DNA of 64,000 nucleotides from Macrostomum lignano (GCA_002269645.1 NIVC01001853.1:165926-229925), one strand, 5' to 3'. Counted from the stretch's first letter, positions 22,337-35,532 are shown. Numbers and translations: made by a program. The notes: generated by a model from the letters alone, not told the origin.

Positions 22337-24280
22337 TGACAGATCACAGTGCTCAGGTCCCATCCCAGAGTGACAGATCACAGTGCTCAGGTCCCATCCC
22401 AGAGTGACAGATCACAGTGCTCAGGTCGCTGCCCAGAGTGACAGATCACAGTGCTCAGGTCCCAGCCCAAAGTGACAGATCACAGTGCTCAGGTCCCAGC
22501 CCAGAGTGACAGATCACAGTGCTCAGGTCCCAGCCCAGAGTGACAGATCACAGTGCTCAGGTCCCATCCCAGAGTGACAGATCACAGTGCTCAGGTCCCA
22601 TCCCAGAGTGACAGATCACAGAGCTCAGGTCCCAGCCCAGAGTGACAGATCACAGATCTCAGGTCCCAGCACAGAGTGACAGATCACAGAGCTCAGGTCC
22701 CAGCCCAGAGTGACAGATCACAGAGCTCAGGTCCCAGCCCAGAGTGACAGATCACAGATCTCAGGTCCCAGCCCAGAGTGACAGATCACAGTGCTCAGGT
22801 CCCAGCCCAGAGTGACAGATCACAGAGCTCAGGTCCCAGCCCAGAGTGACAGATCACAGTGCTCAGGTCCCAGCCCAGAGTGACAGATCACAGTGCTCAG
22901 GTCCCAACCCAGAGAGACAGATCACAGTGCTCAGGTCCCAGCCCAGAGTGACAGATCACAGTGCTCAGGTCCCAGCCCAGAGTGACAGATCACAGATCTC
23001 AGGTCCCAGCCCAGAGTGACAGATCACAGTGCTCAGGTCCCAGCCCAGAGTGACAGATCACAGAGCTCAGGTCCCAGCCCAGAGTGACAGATCACAGTGC
23101 TCAGGTCCCAGCCCAGAGTGACAGATCACAGTGCTCAGGTCCCAGCCCAGAGTGACAGATCACAGTGCTCAGGTCCCAACCCAGAGAGACAGATCACAGT
23201 GCTCAGGTCCCAGCCCAGAGTGACAGATCACAGTGCTCAGGTCCCAGCCCAGAGTGACAGATCACAGTGCTCAGGTCCCAGCCCAGAGTGACAGATCACA
23301 GTGCTCAGGTCCCAGCCCAGAGTGACAGATCACAGTGCTCAGGTCCCAACCCAGAGAGACAGATCACAGTGCTCAGGTCCCAGCCCAGAGTGACAGATCA
23401 CAGTGCTCAGGTCCCAGCCCAGAGTGACAGATCACAGTGCTCAGGTCCCAGCCCAGAGTGACAGATCACAGAGCTCAGGTCCCAGCCCAGAGTGACAGAT
23501 CACAGTGCTCAGGTCCCAACCCAGAGAGACAGATCACAGTGCTCAGGTCCCAGCCCAGAGTGACAGATCACAGAGCTCAGGTCCCAGCCCAGAGTGACAG
23601 ATCACAGAGCTCAGGTCGCTGCCCAGAGTGACAGATCACAGAGCTCAGGTCCCAGCCCAGAGTGACAGATCACAGTGCTCAGGTCCCAGCCCAGAGTGAC
23701 AGATCACAGAGCTCAGGTCGCTGCCCAGAGTGACAGATCACAGAGCTCAGGTCCCAGCCCAGAGTGACAGATCACAGTGCTCAGGTCCCAGCCCAGAGTG
23801 ACAGATCACATTGCTCAGGTCCCAGCCCAGAGTGACAGATCACAGTGCTCAGGTCCCAGCCCAGAGTGACAGATCACAGAGCTCAGGTCGCTGCCCAGAG
23901 TGACAGATCACAGAGCTCAGGTCCCAGCCCAGAGTGACAGATCACAGTGCTCAGGTCCCAGCCCAGAGTGACAGATCACATTGCTCAGGTCCCAGCCCAG
24001 AGTGACAGATCACAGATCTCAGGTCCCAGCACAGAGTGACAGATCACAGAGCTCAGGTCCCAGTCCAGAGAGACAGATCACAGTGCTCAGGTCCCAGCCC
24101 AGAGAGACAGATCACAGAGCTCAGGTCCCAGCCCAGAGTGACAGATCACAGTGCTCAGGTCCCAGCCCAGAGTGACAGATCACAGATCTCAGGTCCCAGC
24201 CCAGAGTGACAGATCACAGATCTCAGGTCCCAGCACAGAGTGACAGATCACAGAGCTCAGGTCCCAGTCCAGAGAGACAG
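22337..24280. repeat. 34-bp minisatellite (~57 copies) upstream of cGLR2
   Basis: Same unit as 10660-11320, with variant units. Confidence 0.95.
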
Positions 24281-25721
24281 AGTGTAAAAGCTAAAAATTG
24301 CCGTTGTAAATTGCGTTTTATATTTTGTAGAAAAGATAAAATGAAATATTTTTAATTCGTTTTCATTGAAAAAACCTCAAGCAATAATATGGATTCGAAT
24401 TTTTCTACATTTTTTCTACCAAAAAGTGGGAGGTCCGAATTTATTTTTTGGTCAAAATTACATAAATTTTAAGGATTTTTTAGGAATTCATGGAAGAAAC
24501 ACAAGAAAAAGCTGGGGATCACAAAATCACAGCTACATGAATTTCTGCTGACTGGCCAATTTCAGCTATAAAAGGCACTCATGAATCTTTTGCCCTGCAG
24601 AGTTTGATTCAGGCTTTGAATAGCTATAGCTCGCATTTTATTTGTTTCAATATTAAAGTTTCTTGCAGAGGTTTAAAGTAAACACACTTAATTGCGTGTC
24701 TTGAGGACTTGAGCGCCCGCTTGCTTTTAAAAAGCCAGGTACCTTTAAAATCGTTTTTCAGTGACAGTTTTCTTTACTAGCTGATATCTAAGCATTGACA
24801 TTTAAATCTCCTCACTTATAGATACCTAAGGCTCTTAAATATCAACATCACGTTACGTGCGTTGTGCAGCTATCTGATAGGCCCTTAGAGTGCTCCTGTA
24901 TTTCAGCTCTTTGTTGTTGCTAATTTGACAAAGACTTTTTATGGCTGATTTCCACTTGAATTGCCGACGATTCACAATTCACAATAGGAAGTTCAACTCC
25001 GACACTTCTAGCTCTGTACATGTAAATCCCAAAGTACGTCAAAAATCGTCAATCTACTAGTTGTGAATGTGTTTTTGGGGAAGGGGGGGGGCGCTCGGGA
25101 GTAAGCAGTGGGCGTTGGGGAGTGAGCTGTGGTGGGTTGTGCTGTTGGGAGTTGTAAATTAGCGGTGGGGTTGAGTTTTACATGCTCACCTCGCTCCCTC
25201 ATACGCACCAGAGAGACATCCCGGGCTTGTCAATCAAAGCATGTTGCGGCTAATTTGACAACAATGAAACAAAAGTTTTTCAAAGAACATCATTTGAAGC
25301 ATCATTTAAAGATATCAAATTTAATTTCATGGCCAGGAGACACAAACGGTGAGTGCAGGAATTCATGCACAAATCATTTTTGTTGTTCTCAAGTTTATTT
25401 GCAAATTAATATAGAAATAGGCAGGCAAAATGCTACATATTATAACAAAGCAACTTTAACTACTGACAGTACAGAGTAGAGCAATTTAACATTTTATATT
25501 TTCTGACCGAATTTATCACTGGGATGGCAAACAATATCCGAACTCAAGTCAGAAGCTCTGCTGCATGAAAACGGAAACTACAATGGAAGGCCAATCAAAA
25601 CCGAGGGACATTGGTGCAGGCAAAAATTTTAGCTTTTGCTTCACAATTAGGCTGGAAATTTTCTGCTGCTTTCCGTGTGAGGCAGCTGAGCTCTCTCACT
25701 GACTGCCTAGTTAGAGCTGAC

Positions 25722-26630
25722 ACTAGAGAGTCAGACACCTGACAGTCAGACACCAGAGAGTCAGACACCAGAGAGTCACACACCAGAGAGTCACACCAGA
25801 GAGACAGACACCAGAGTCACACCAGAGAGTCAGACACCAGAGAGTCAGACACCAGAGAGTCACACCAGAGAGTCACACACCAGAGAGTCACACACCAGAG
25901 AGACAGACACCAGAGAGTCACACACCAGAGAGTCACACACCAGAGAGTCACACACCAGAGAGACAGACACCAGAGGGTCACACACCGGAGAGTAAGACAC
26001 CAGAGAGTCAGACACCAGAGAGTCAGACACCAGAGAGTCACACACCGGAGAGTCAGACACCAGAGAGTAAGACACCAGAGAGTCAGACACCAGAGAGTAA
26101 CACACCAGAGAGTCAGACACCAGAGAGTCACACACCAGAGAGTCAGAGACACCAGACAGTCAGACACAGCAGAGAGTCAGACACCAGAGAGTAACACACC
26201 AGAGAGTCAGACACCAGAGAGTCACACACCAGAGAGTCAGAGACACCAGACAGTCAGACACAGCAGAGAGTCAGACACCAGAGAGTAACACACCAGAGAG
26301 TCAGACACCAGAGAGTCAGACACCAGAGAGTCAGACACCAGAGAGTCACACAGCAGAGAGTCAGAGACACCAGACAGTCAGACACAGCAGAGAGTCAGAC
26401 ACCAGACAGTCAGACACCAGAGAGTCACACACCAGAGAGTCAGACACCAGAGAGTCAGACACCAGAGAGTCACACACCAGAGAGTCAGACACCAGACAGT
26501 CAGACACCAGAGAGTCAGACACCAGAGAGTCAGACACCAGAGAGTCACACACCAGAGAGTCAGACACCAGACAGTCAGACACCAGAGAGTCAGACACCAG
26601 AGAGTCAGACACCAGGCAGTCAGTCAGACA
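25722..26630. repeat. 15-bp minisatellite (CAGACACCAGAGAGT, ~60 copies)
   Basis: Begins within ~15 bp of the ROMO1 stop codon. Confidence 0.95.
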
Positions 26631-26642
26631 GCAGCTCCGCAA

Positions 26643-26879
26643 TCAACACCGGATCAGGGTGCCAATAGACAGGAACAGCCCAAAGCTGCCGCCACCCTGC
26701 AGCATCCGACTGCCCACCAGCCGCACGAGTTCTCGGCCTCGGTAGCCCATCCTGAGACCCCCGAATGTGCCGAATATGAGGCCGCCGCCGACTCCAACTG
26801 AGAAGCCCATCAGGAAGCCGAGCTTCACCCGGTCGAAACAGGAGGGACCTTGGGCACCGCGAGGCTGGACTGCCGGCAT
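26643..26879 (-). CDS. ROMO1: reactive oxygen species modulator 1 (Romo1/Mgr2 family), 78 aa
   Basis: MPAVQPRGAQGPSCFDRVKLGF...LIFGTF..LRMGYRGREL...GGSFGLFLSIGTLIRC matches the Romo1 signature PSCFDRVKMGF...RGREL...IRC. Single coding exon. Confidence 0.95.
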   Translation of the reverse strand: MPAVQPRGAQGPSCFDRVKLGFLMGFSVGVGGGLIFGTFGGLRMGYRGRELVRLVGSRMLQGGGSFGLFLSIGTLIRC

Positions 26880-26984
26880 GATGAGGAGTGATGATGACGG
26901 ATGCTGGAGCGCTGCGGGGTCAAGGGGTGCAGGAGAGAGTTTGATGATGATGGGGCTGAGCGACTGCGTTGTCATGGCGATTCT

Positions 26985-27500
26985 CATGAGGTGACTGAGG
27001 GCGATTTTCATGGGGTGACTGAGGGCGATTCTCATGGGGTGACTGAGGGCGATTCTCATGAGGTGACTGAGGGCGATTTTCATGGGGTGACTGAGGACGA
27101 TTCTCATGGGGGTGACTGAGGACGATTCTCATGGGGTGACTGAGGGCGATTCTCATGAGGTGACTGAGGGCGATTCTCATGGGGTGACTGAGGGCGATTC
27201 TCATGAGGTGACTGAGGGCGATTCTCATGGGGTGACTGAGGGCGATTCTCATGGGGTGACTGAGGGCGATTCTCATGGGGGTGGCTGAGGACGATTCTCA
27301 TGGGGGTGACTGAGGACGATTCTCATGGGGTGACTGAGGGCGATTCTCATGGGGGTGACTGAGGGCGATTCTCATGGGGTGACTGAGGGCGATTCTCATG
27401 GGGTGACTGAGGGCGATTCTCATGGGGTGACTGAGGGCGATTCTCATGGGGTGACTGAGGGCGATTCTCATAGGGTGACTGAGGGCGATTCTCGTGAGGG
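26985..27500. repeat. 24-bp minisatellite (GAGGGCGATTCTCATGGGGTGACT, ~21 copies)
   Basis: Direct inspection; falsely extends the ROMO1 ORF upstream. Confidence 0.95.
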
Positions 27501-28116
27501 TGACTTATGTTGGCTTTAGAAGCATAAAAAATAATTAACTAAAACAATTTCACATCAGCATTCAAAAGCTTATAATATCATAATGAGTTTAATATATGCT
27601 TGTTTAAAAATATCTAAAAATGATTAACATTAAAAATAAATATGCTTTTCAACATAAAAGCTATTAAGCAATAGGTGTAACTACCTTATAATTCGTATTG
27701 CTATAATAATAAGGTACAAAGCATCATTAAGACTAGTAAAATATCCCCAAAAACAGTTTGAGTTATAACAAATCAAATGAATCAACTATTGCACTAATGC
27801 TTAATAAACAGCTGTGATTACAATAGCAGAGATTAATATTCATAAATTTATTTTGTAGGGTAAAAAACAGCTGATCAAGACCGCATGCATCTGATAAGTA
27901 TTGGATTAAAATATTAGCCACTTATATATACTACTGAAATACAAGAAATTATTCAGTAGTATCATTAGCTATTTACAAAAAAAATAGAAACATTGCTTCA
28001 AAACAAAATCCAAAACTTCATGAAGACGGGATAAAATTATCAATGGATTGAAGTAAAAGTACAGATGCACTTTTGCAACTGGCGTTAAAATTATATTTGT
28101 TAAAATCTTTAAAAAA

Positions 28117-28215
28117 TCTAGACCAGCTGACAGATCTAGACCAGCTGACAGATCTAGACCAGCTGACAGATCTAGACCAGCTGACAGATCTAGACCAGCT
28201 GACAGATCTATATTA
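28117..28215. repeat. 18-bp repeat (TAGACCAGCTGACAGATC, ~5 copies)
   Basis: Direct inspection. Confidence 0.85.
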
Positions 28216-28337
28216 ACTGACAGATCTAAAATATCTGGAAGCAGCAAAAAGCAGTCAAAGCAGACAGAATCATATCATAATAATATTGCAGGCAATTTAC
28301 TGTCAGCGCATGTCAATACTTAATGGCTATCAACACA

Positions 28338-29615
28338 TCAATTCAGCTTTCTGCTAATCTTCTTGGACTTATTAGCCTTGGGCGGAGGCGCCTGATTCAC
28401 CTCCATGAAGCGGGTGTAGTGGAAGCGGTAAGCATCGGTTCTGAGGTACTCCATCACGTGAGACGGCCCGATGAGCAGCTGGTCGGCAATCAGCTCAATC
28501 CAGGGGTTATTGTCCAGCTTCACAGCCTGCCTGGAGCCGGTCAGGTCCAGCTGTCCGAACTCCGGCGGCAGCACCAGCAGCCGGTTGCCCTGCAGGTGCA
28601 CCTCTCTCAGCTGGGTGCACCGGCCCAGCTCTGGCGGGACGTCGACCAGGTCGTTGTCGCGGAACGACAGCTGCGTCGGTGGCGAGGGGAGGTTAAGGAG
28701 AATTATGGATTTTGTGGGGATTTCTGGGTTTCAGTTGACAAGTGGAATATTTGGGAATCGGATATTTCAATCGTGGGTTCTAGGGTAGGATTTTAGAGAT
28801 TTCAGTTTTTTGATAAGATCTGAGAAATTCTAGGGATCTTCTAGGGATTTGGGATCTTTCTGAGGGGATGTGAGATGTCTTCTAGGGATTTGGGATCTTT
28901 CTAAAGGGATCTGAGATGTCTTCTAGAGATTTTGGATCTTTCTCAAAGGAATCTGATATGTTCTTCGTGATTATGGATCTGCAAATGGATTAAGTATGGC
29001 TTGGGGATTTAAAGCGCCACAGAGATTTTGGACATCTTTGAGGCTCCAGGATACAATGGGGATCTGGGTAACGAGTAACTGGGGATCAAAACTGCTCACT
29101 ACAAACCAAGCCAAACTCACCACTTGCAGGTCAGTTAGATTCTGTATTCGAGCAGGAATATGCTCAAAATCGTTATCGCCCAGATACAGAGCTCGAAGCG
29201 AGTTCAACTCAAAAAAATTATTAGGCAAGCTGGTCTCGCTCAGGTTGTTATAACTCAGATCGAGAATTTCCAACAGTGGAAAAGCTCCAAATCCCTTAGG
29301 CAGTTGAGTAAGTCGGTTCATGCCTAAGTTGAGTATTCTTAGCTTATTTAGCTGCGTGATATCGGGACAGATGTCAGTGAGATGATTATTAAACAGATTT
29401 AGGTGCTCCAGCTGCACCAGAACGCTGATCTCCTTGGGCAAGATGGAGATCTTGTTGTGACACAGTGTGAGATGAGTCAGCGACTCGTGGAAGAACTGAT
29501 GAGTCAACAGATAAGGTAGCCGCAACAGGTCCTCAATATCTTTGGTGCCCAAGTCCAATTGCATTCGGGCCTCTTCCAGGGCCTCCTCAATGGCTTTCTT
29601 TGCTTTGGATGGCAT
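28338..29615 (-). CDS. RSU1: Ras suppressor protein 1 (LRR), 275 aa, 2 exons
   Basis: Exons 29615-29121 and 28670-28338 (phase 0, GTGAGT/CAG). Motifs LNLGMNRL..LPKGFGAFP.LEILDLSYNNL, LRALYLGDNDFE, HLQGNRLLVLPPE, NNPW..IADQ and KSKKISRK. Confidence 0.95.
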
Positions 29616-30607
29616 GCTGCCTCAACTGACTGACTGTTGAGTTAGAAGTTGAAACAGTACAATTTTTTAATCTTTTACTGAATACTAATATTGGCTCAAA
29701 ACTAGAGTTCTATTTTAGCTATAGATATGGCTATAGGAACACATTTCTCATATCTAGTAAATTTGCCACTCAATTACTAAGACTTAAAAAAATTATTGGA
29801 GTCCTTGATTTCATGGGTGGATAGAGTGTAAAGCAATAGAAATGAATAAATATGCTATTTTCAAAGCATTTATGATATAACATGGGTGGGTAGAGTGTAA
29901 AGCAATAGAAATTTTGAATATAATATTGCATATTTTCAAAGCATTTATGATATAAACTCTTTAAGTCCTTAGGATTTAGACAAATGATAGATTAAACTAC
30001 TGTTGTTGTAATTTAATTTATAATTAATATTATAATGGATGATAGTAAAACTATTCAATTGCCATTTAATTTAATATAATTAATAATTATAAAAATTATA
30101 GCAAATTAAATTAGGCCTAGCTATAAATATAAATATCATAAAAACTGGTTGTGGCAAAATTATATTTAAAATTCTTAGATATAAATACAATTAGGCCTAA
30201 GATAGAAGCTTATTTTATTAAGCTCAACACATTTTGGTTTAGGCCTCTTACCTTGGTCTAGTCTAGAATAGATAGGCCTAAATAGGGTATTTAAATTTAA
30301 CAAAATATAAGTATGAAAATATAGGCAAATCTCTAGACTATTCAATATATTTCCAGTAATAAGAAAGCAAAAAATAAAAATAAAAGCAAATGAGTGAAAA
30401 TGACTATCTAAAAAATTGTCAAACATGTCTAACTTTCTTTAAGTATAACCTAATAGACTCAGTGCCTTGAGGTTAAGCTTGAATTTTGGATGGGTAAAGC
30501 AGTGGGCTTTACCTAGTTTTAATGGCGGAGTGACCTGCCTTGCTGCCCCCCTTTTTTATCGCCTTGTACTCGTACTAGTTTTAAGCGCCGTACATATGTG
30601 CTGACTA

Positions 30608-32680
30608 GGGTATCCACACTTTTCGGTGCCTGTGCTTTTCAGTGCCAGGCATTTCGGTGCCCCAGTGTAACGTCGTTGCTTCTGTATTGAAAATGTTCAA
30701 TTTCGTATTTATGGTGTTTGCAATTAATATTTAAAACTATATCTATTTTGGTCTAATGTTTGTAACTATTTTTAGTTACTTCCCCATTTGGTTTAATTTT
30801 GTTTTTCTATTTTCAATTAGTGTGGTTATTCAAATTTTGCTTCTTGATAGTTTTTGTAGTTCTTGATAGTCCTGCGCTCTGTGTGTTGGTCTTAGTACCC
30901 GTAGGCTTGGTGGCATTAGCATTATATTATTGTCTCAGATTACCTTTGGTAAATAGTTGGCATTGCCATACTGCTTCTGACCTACTCGCCATTATTCAGA
31001 CTAGCAATTGAGTTGTTAAATTAATAATACGTATATTGGCCTAGGACAAGATCAACACTCAGACTCAGCACGCGCACGCGTATCAGTCCCATGTTCTCGA
31101 ACTAAATAAACTCGTCACACCAGTTTGCTTTTCGGTGCCTCATTTTGCTTTTGGGTCCCAGCTTAACAAATACATGGAATGAAGCTAAAAGTCAATCATG
31201 TTATTCTAGATCCAATCAAAGGCAATTACGAATAACTGAACAAGTTTATTTTTTGTCTTCCAAATTAATTTTTTTCAATGAATTTGTTTTAAAGAACAAA
31301 TCGAGGATTGATTCGTTCTTTAAACACGTATAACAATCACAAAGAAGGATGATTCAAGTCAAATAACATATTGTCCAACTAATCGATATCGTAACAAACA
31401 TATCATAATGATAAAATTAAGTCATAAAATTCCTAAAAGAACTGCTAAAATTGTTGCTGATCGAATGAAATTGTCATATTGGTTAATATCCCACAAAGCG
31501 ACTGCAGATAGCTAAAAGTAAAGTGGCGCATTTCAAGGGACATGAAGTCATTATGATAGATGTACACATGTACACGATGTACCTGTTTAACATTGCAGTC
31601 ACCCGCTTCATCCTTTAGGAAGGCATGAATACCCCAGAGCTGCGTGAAAGGATGCCTGACCAAAAAAAAATGTGCCATCTACATACCATGTTGTTGCCTT
31701 CTCCAAAAGCTTAATTTGGCAGTCTGTGGCTAAGAGAAGGTGGCGCTTCCCATGCCTTCTAATATCCGCTCTGTAGGAAAGTGTGAATATAGTTGTACAC
31801 AATCATTGTACAATCAATCGTAACTAATAGCTCATGTAAGTACATGTAAGCACACGTACTGCATATGTACCTGAGAAACTCTGGAGGCATCCCATTCTCT
31901 CCTACCTCCACCTCGAAATCCAACGACTGTGGATCTTTTGGTCTATTGCGTTGTCTGGCACAATTGGAAGCTTGAGCTACGCACTCTGGCTTGGGCAAAT
32001 TTGCCATGTTGCCTTGCTGGTGGGCCTGTAATAGACACGTCTCGGCGATTTCAGTTGCAGATGTGAATATAGATGCCTCTGCCTGCTGTTTGGCCTTTCA
32101 TATCAGCACTCGTGTTGTTGCTGCATTGGCTACTGGAGGATGGGTATGGGAGCTTTTTCCTTGTCAAAAAGTGCCATCTGGCAGCTGGATCACCGTTGCT
32201 GTGCAAGGTTGCCATGCACTTCTCTTGGTGCATCTAATGACAAAGAAAATGATACACACAAAACATGACATCAAAACATATTTGTAATATCCCAGCGGCA
32301 TGATTTCCTTACTGATAATGCTTGTTCCCTCCTCTATTTCAATGAAAGCCATAGCTGTAGCCTCTAAAATGAATATCAGGAGCAAGCAGTACATGTACAC
32401 ATGTACAGTTGCATGTTGGAACATCCAATTCAATTAAATAATTTCCTTTTCAAAGTTGCTTTGTGCTATTTCAGATTTCAGAGAAAATAATACCTTATAT
32501 CTTAATATAACTTATCAATTACTGATTTGGTGTCATATTCAAGTTTGGCACCGAAAAGCAAACTGGGGCACCAAAAAGCAAACTGGGGCACCAAAAAGCA
32601 AACTGGGGCACCAAAAAGCAAACTGGGGCACCGAAATGCCTGGCACCGAAAAGCATAGGCACCAAAATGTATGGAAACCC
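30608..32680 (-). mobile_element. MULE/Mutator-family DNA transposon, deleted and decayed
   Basis: ~59-bp TIRs (GGGTATCCACAC...CCCCAGT and its complement ending GGAAACCC) with subterminal 20-bp repeats at the right end. No clean 9-bp TSD; flanks are TGACTA and TGACTG. Confidence 0.85.
31445..32433 (-). pseudogene. MULE transposase remnant (FLYWCH-like finger + start of DDE domain)
   Basis: RCTKRSAWQPCTATV, LPKPE...RPKDPQSLDFE, RHLLLAT...TWYVDGTF, PFTQLWGIHAF; broken by stops and frameshifts. Confidence 0.85.
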
Positions 32681-34109
32681 TGACTGGCACCCCTAACCCC
32701 CGGTGTGCATGTGCTTTACGAGCATATTTATATGTTGCTCAGCTCAGCGCGAGAGGGTGCTGCTGCTGCTTAAAATATTTCTTTTTTTATTTCTCTAATC
32801 AATTGTAATCAATCAATTCTAATCAATACACTTGAAGAATGCATTCCCAAATTGCTTTGGGGCCTGCCTTGCCTCGATCGCCACTTGCCCTGTCTCTACC
32901 TTGTCACTCCAGACATTAAAGGCCTGTTTAAAACCATAGTCAGAAAGGTGGTACAGTGTGCACCGGAACAATTTTTTGGGACAATTTGTGCGCCGTCTAT
33001 GTGCCGTCTATGCACCATTTGTGCGCTGTCTGTGCGGAGTGTGCGCCACTCTTCACAAGTAGAGTTTTCTAAGAAAGGCTTTTGTACGAAAAGTGTGGCA
33101 GGCGAGATGCCACGAAGTATGAGCTGAAAACTTACATTTTGAACTTATTGTGCACGCAGTATACCATTAACGTGGAATAACGTCATTCCCATTGCAGTGT
33201 TTCTTTTCCACCCATTCCAGTTTTGTTTGTCACATGTAACGGGGATTTGTTTTTTATTTTGTTTTTTTAAGTGTTTTATGCTGCACTGCCTCATGTTCTT
33301 TTGCGTATTTTTCTGCCCCCTTGAAACATGTCCATCCTGTGTCCATGTTGCGTGGTCAATGTCCCTTTATATATATATATATATTGCAATGAATTTTGCA
33401 TGTTTTTTTAAGTGGTTTTCTTTCATTGTTTTTTAGTTTTGGGAGGTTGGGCGCTGTTTAGTTTAATTTTCTCTCCTGCTCTACATGGTTGGTTTTGCCC
33501 CCGATTTCATCTAAGTAGCATTGTGATTAATATCTAGCTTTGCTTATTCAGCCTGCTTTAATATACTTTATAAATTTACTAAAACTTAATAAATTCCAAT
33601 AATTAACTATATTTATTCACTAATAACAAGCCATAGTTTTTCTTGAGTCATTTGTCCATGGGGCATAAAATAACCAAAGTTTTCATCTCAAAGAAAGCTC
33701 TAAGACTCATTTGTCCCATAATACGTAAATTACGGTGGTGGCAGCAACTATTCTACTGAAAGTAACGAGTTCAGATAATCGACGCATGAATTTACGGAGT
33801 CAGAAACCTCTGGTGTTTTCAAGGCTTTGAATGACCACGCCGCTAACGACTGCTCCGCTACGATAACAACTACCCTCCCCCCAGACTTAGAACCCGGCTG
33901 TTGGAGTAAAACAGGAGAAAAACTTTGTTGTGATTCATCTGCGCGATTTCCGGATTTAATTTGTGCGAACACGACGCCAACCAGTTTCAAAGAAACCTGG
34001 ACAACCCAAATTTCAAATTTTTTTTTCTCCACCCCCACCTCATTGGTGTCAGCTAAGTGGTATTATGAAACGCCGAAACCCCTTCAACGAGTCGTTCAAG
34101 TGCTATAAT

Positions 34110-35532
34110 ATGGCTTCAACTACTGATCCAACGGCTGTGGACACGACAGCCAATGCCGCAGGCCCTGACAACTCAACTACACGACCAACCTACAATGAGA
34201 TGATTTGGGCGGTGACCGAAGAGGTGCACTGGTGACTGGAGCAAACCAGCCTGGGCCAGCCGCAACACCACCATCATGTGTATCAACAGCCCCAGCAGCA
34301 GGATCGAGCTCCGGCGCCGAAACTGGTCAAGATTCAGCAGTATACGTCCAACCAGGAATTTGACGTCTGGATCAAGGCTCTTGAAGAGCGATGCAAGCTC
34401 AACGGGATTGTTGATGACACACGAAAAAAAGGCGGAGGTACTAGTGAATTTGGACATCGCCACAGCCTACCCCGCAGTCGTCAGGATGGAACTGCCAGAG
34501 AATCTTACATTTGGTGAGTTCAAACAACAATTGTCTAAACGTTTTACGCATGTCGCCGACACGCTGGAGTACCGGGAGCAATTCCAAAGCTGCCAGCAAG
34601 GCAAGAACGAGAGTGTAGATGACTACAGCGACCAACTAATTGCTCTGGCCGATCGAGCGTTCCCGCATTTTACCCTGGTTCAAAAACAGGCTGAACTGGT
34701 AGATCAATTCACTGTGGGAGTGTGGATAGCTCAGTTGGCCCAAGAACAACTAATCCTGGTGTGACCGCAGAATCTGACCGCAGCGAGATGGGCCATGCTG
34801 TGCCTGGAGACAGCAGCTAGTCTGGCTCAGCGTGTAGCGCCGCCGCTAGCAGTGAGACATGTCCGGGTCCTGGAGGATGACAATGGTCAGACGCCCACTG
34901 TGGTGCAACACAACAAGTCATCTTGGCCCGAGGAGAACTGGTTGCGCAAGGTCATAGAACAATAAGCCGAGACTCTGCAAGAGCAGCAATGCCTATTAGA
35001 GACATTGAGCAATGAGATGCGAGAGTTCTACTCGCGGGGATCGTGCGATAACGACGCCCCGGAGCCATGGGAACCTTGCCACCAGCTGCGGGACTCGTGG
35101 GGCCAACGCTCCAGATGTTTGGTACCTTTGACTCCTCGCCGCAGCACCGATGGAAGTGCCCAGTTTTCGACGCCCGGCAAACAAATTGTGCAACATGACC
35201 AGTTCCATCGACTTCAGCAACCACGCGACGGTAGCAACCCACCGCCGAGAATGTCGCCAGCAGGAGGTCAACGTCGACAGCAGCAGCTGCAACAGCCGCA
35301 GCAGCCGCAGCAACAGCGGCAACAGCAGCAACAATCGAGTTCAAGGCCGCCACCTTGTCAGTTGCGACGGCAAAGTGCAGTGTGCTACAGCTGCAACCGC
35401 AAGCATTGCGCCGACAAATGCCCGCACCGACCGTCGGCCAGCACCACGTCCCAGCGCAACGGCAGCTCGGGAAACAGGACAGCTGGACATGCCATCGGGG
35501 GCAGCGCCATCCAGCAGCCGAGCCAGCACTAA
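34110..35532 (+). pseudogene. Gypsy gag (frameshifted, premature stops)
   Basis: Capsid-like YREQFQSCQQGKNESVDDYSDQLIALADRAF and zinc knuckle CYSCNRKHCADKC. Confidence 0.8.

Larger units (their letters stand above)
15940..24280. repeat. segmental duplication unit B
   Basis: Collinear with ~4450-11320; longer mainly through satellite expansion. Confidence 0.95.

Noticed and set aside
26880-27107. N-terminal extension of ROMO1 (154-aa ORF)
   Set aside because: Derived from the 24-bp repeat; homology starts at ATG 26879.
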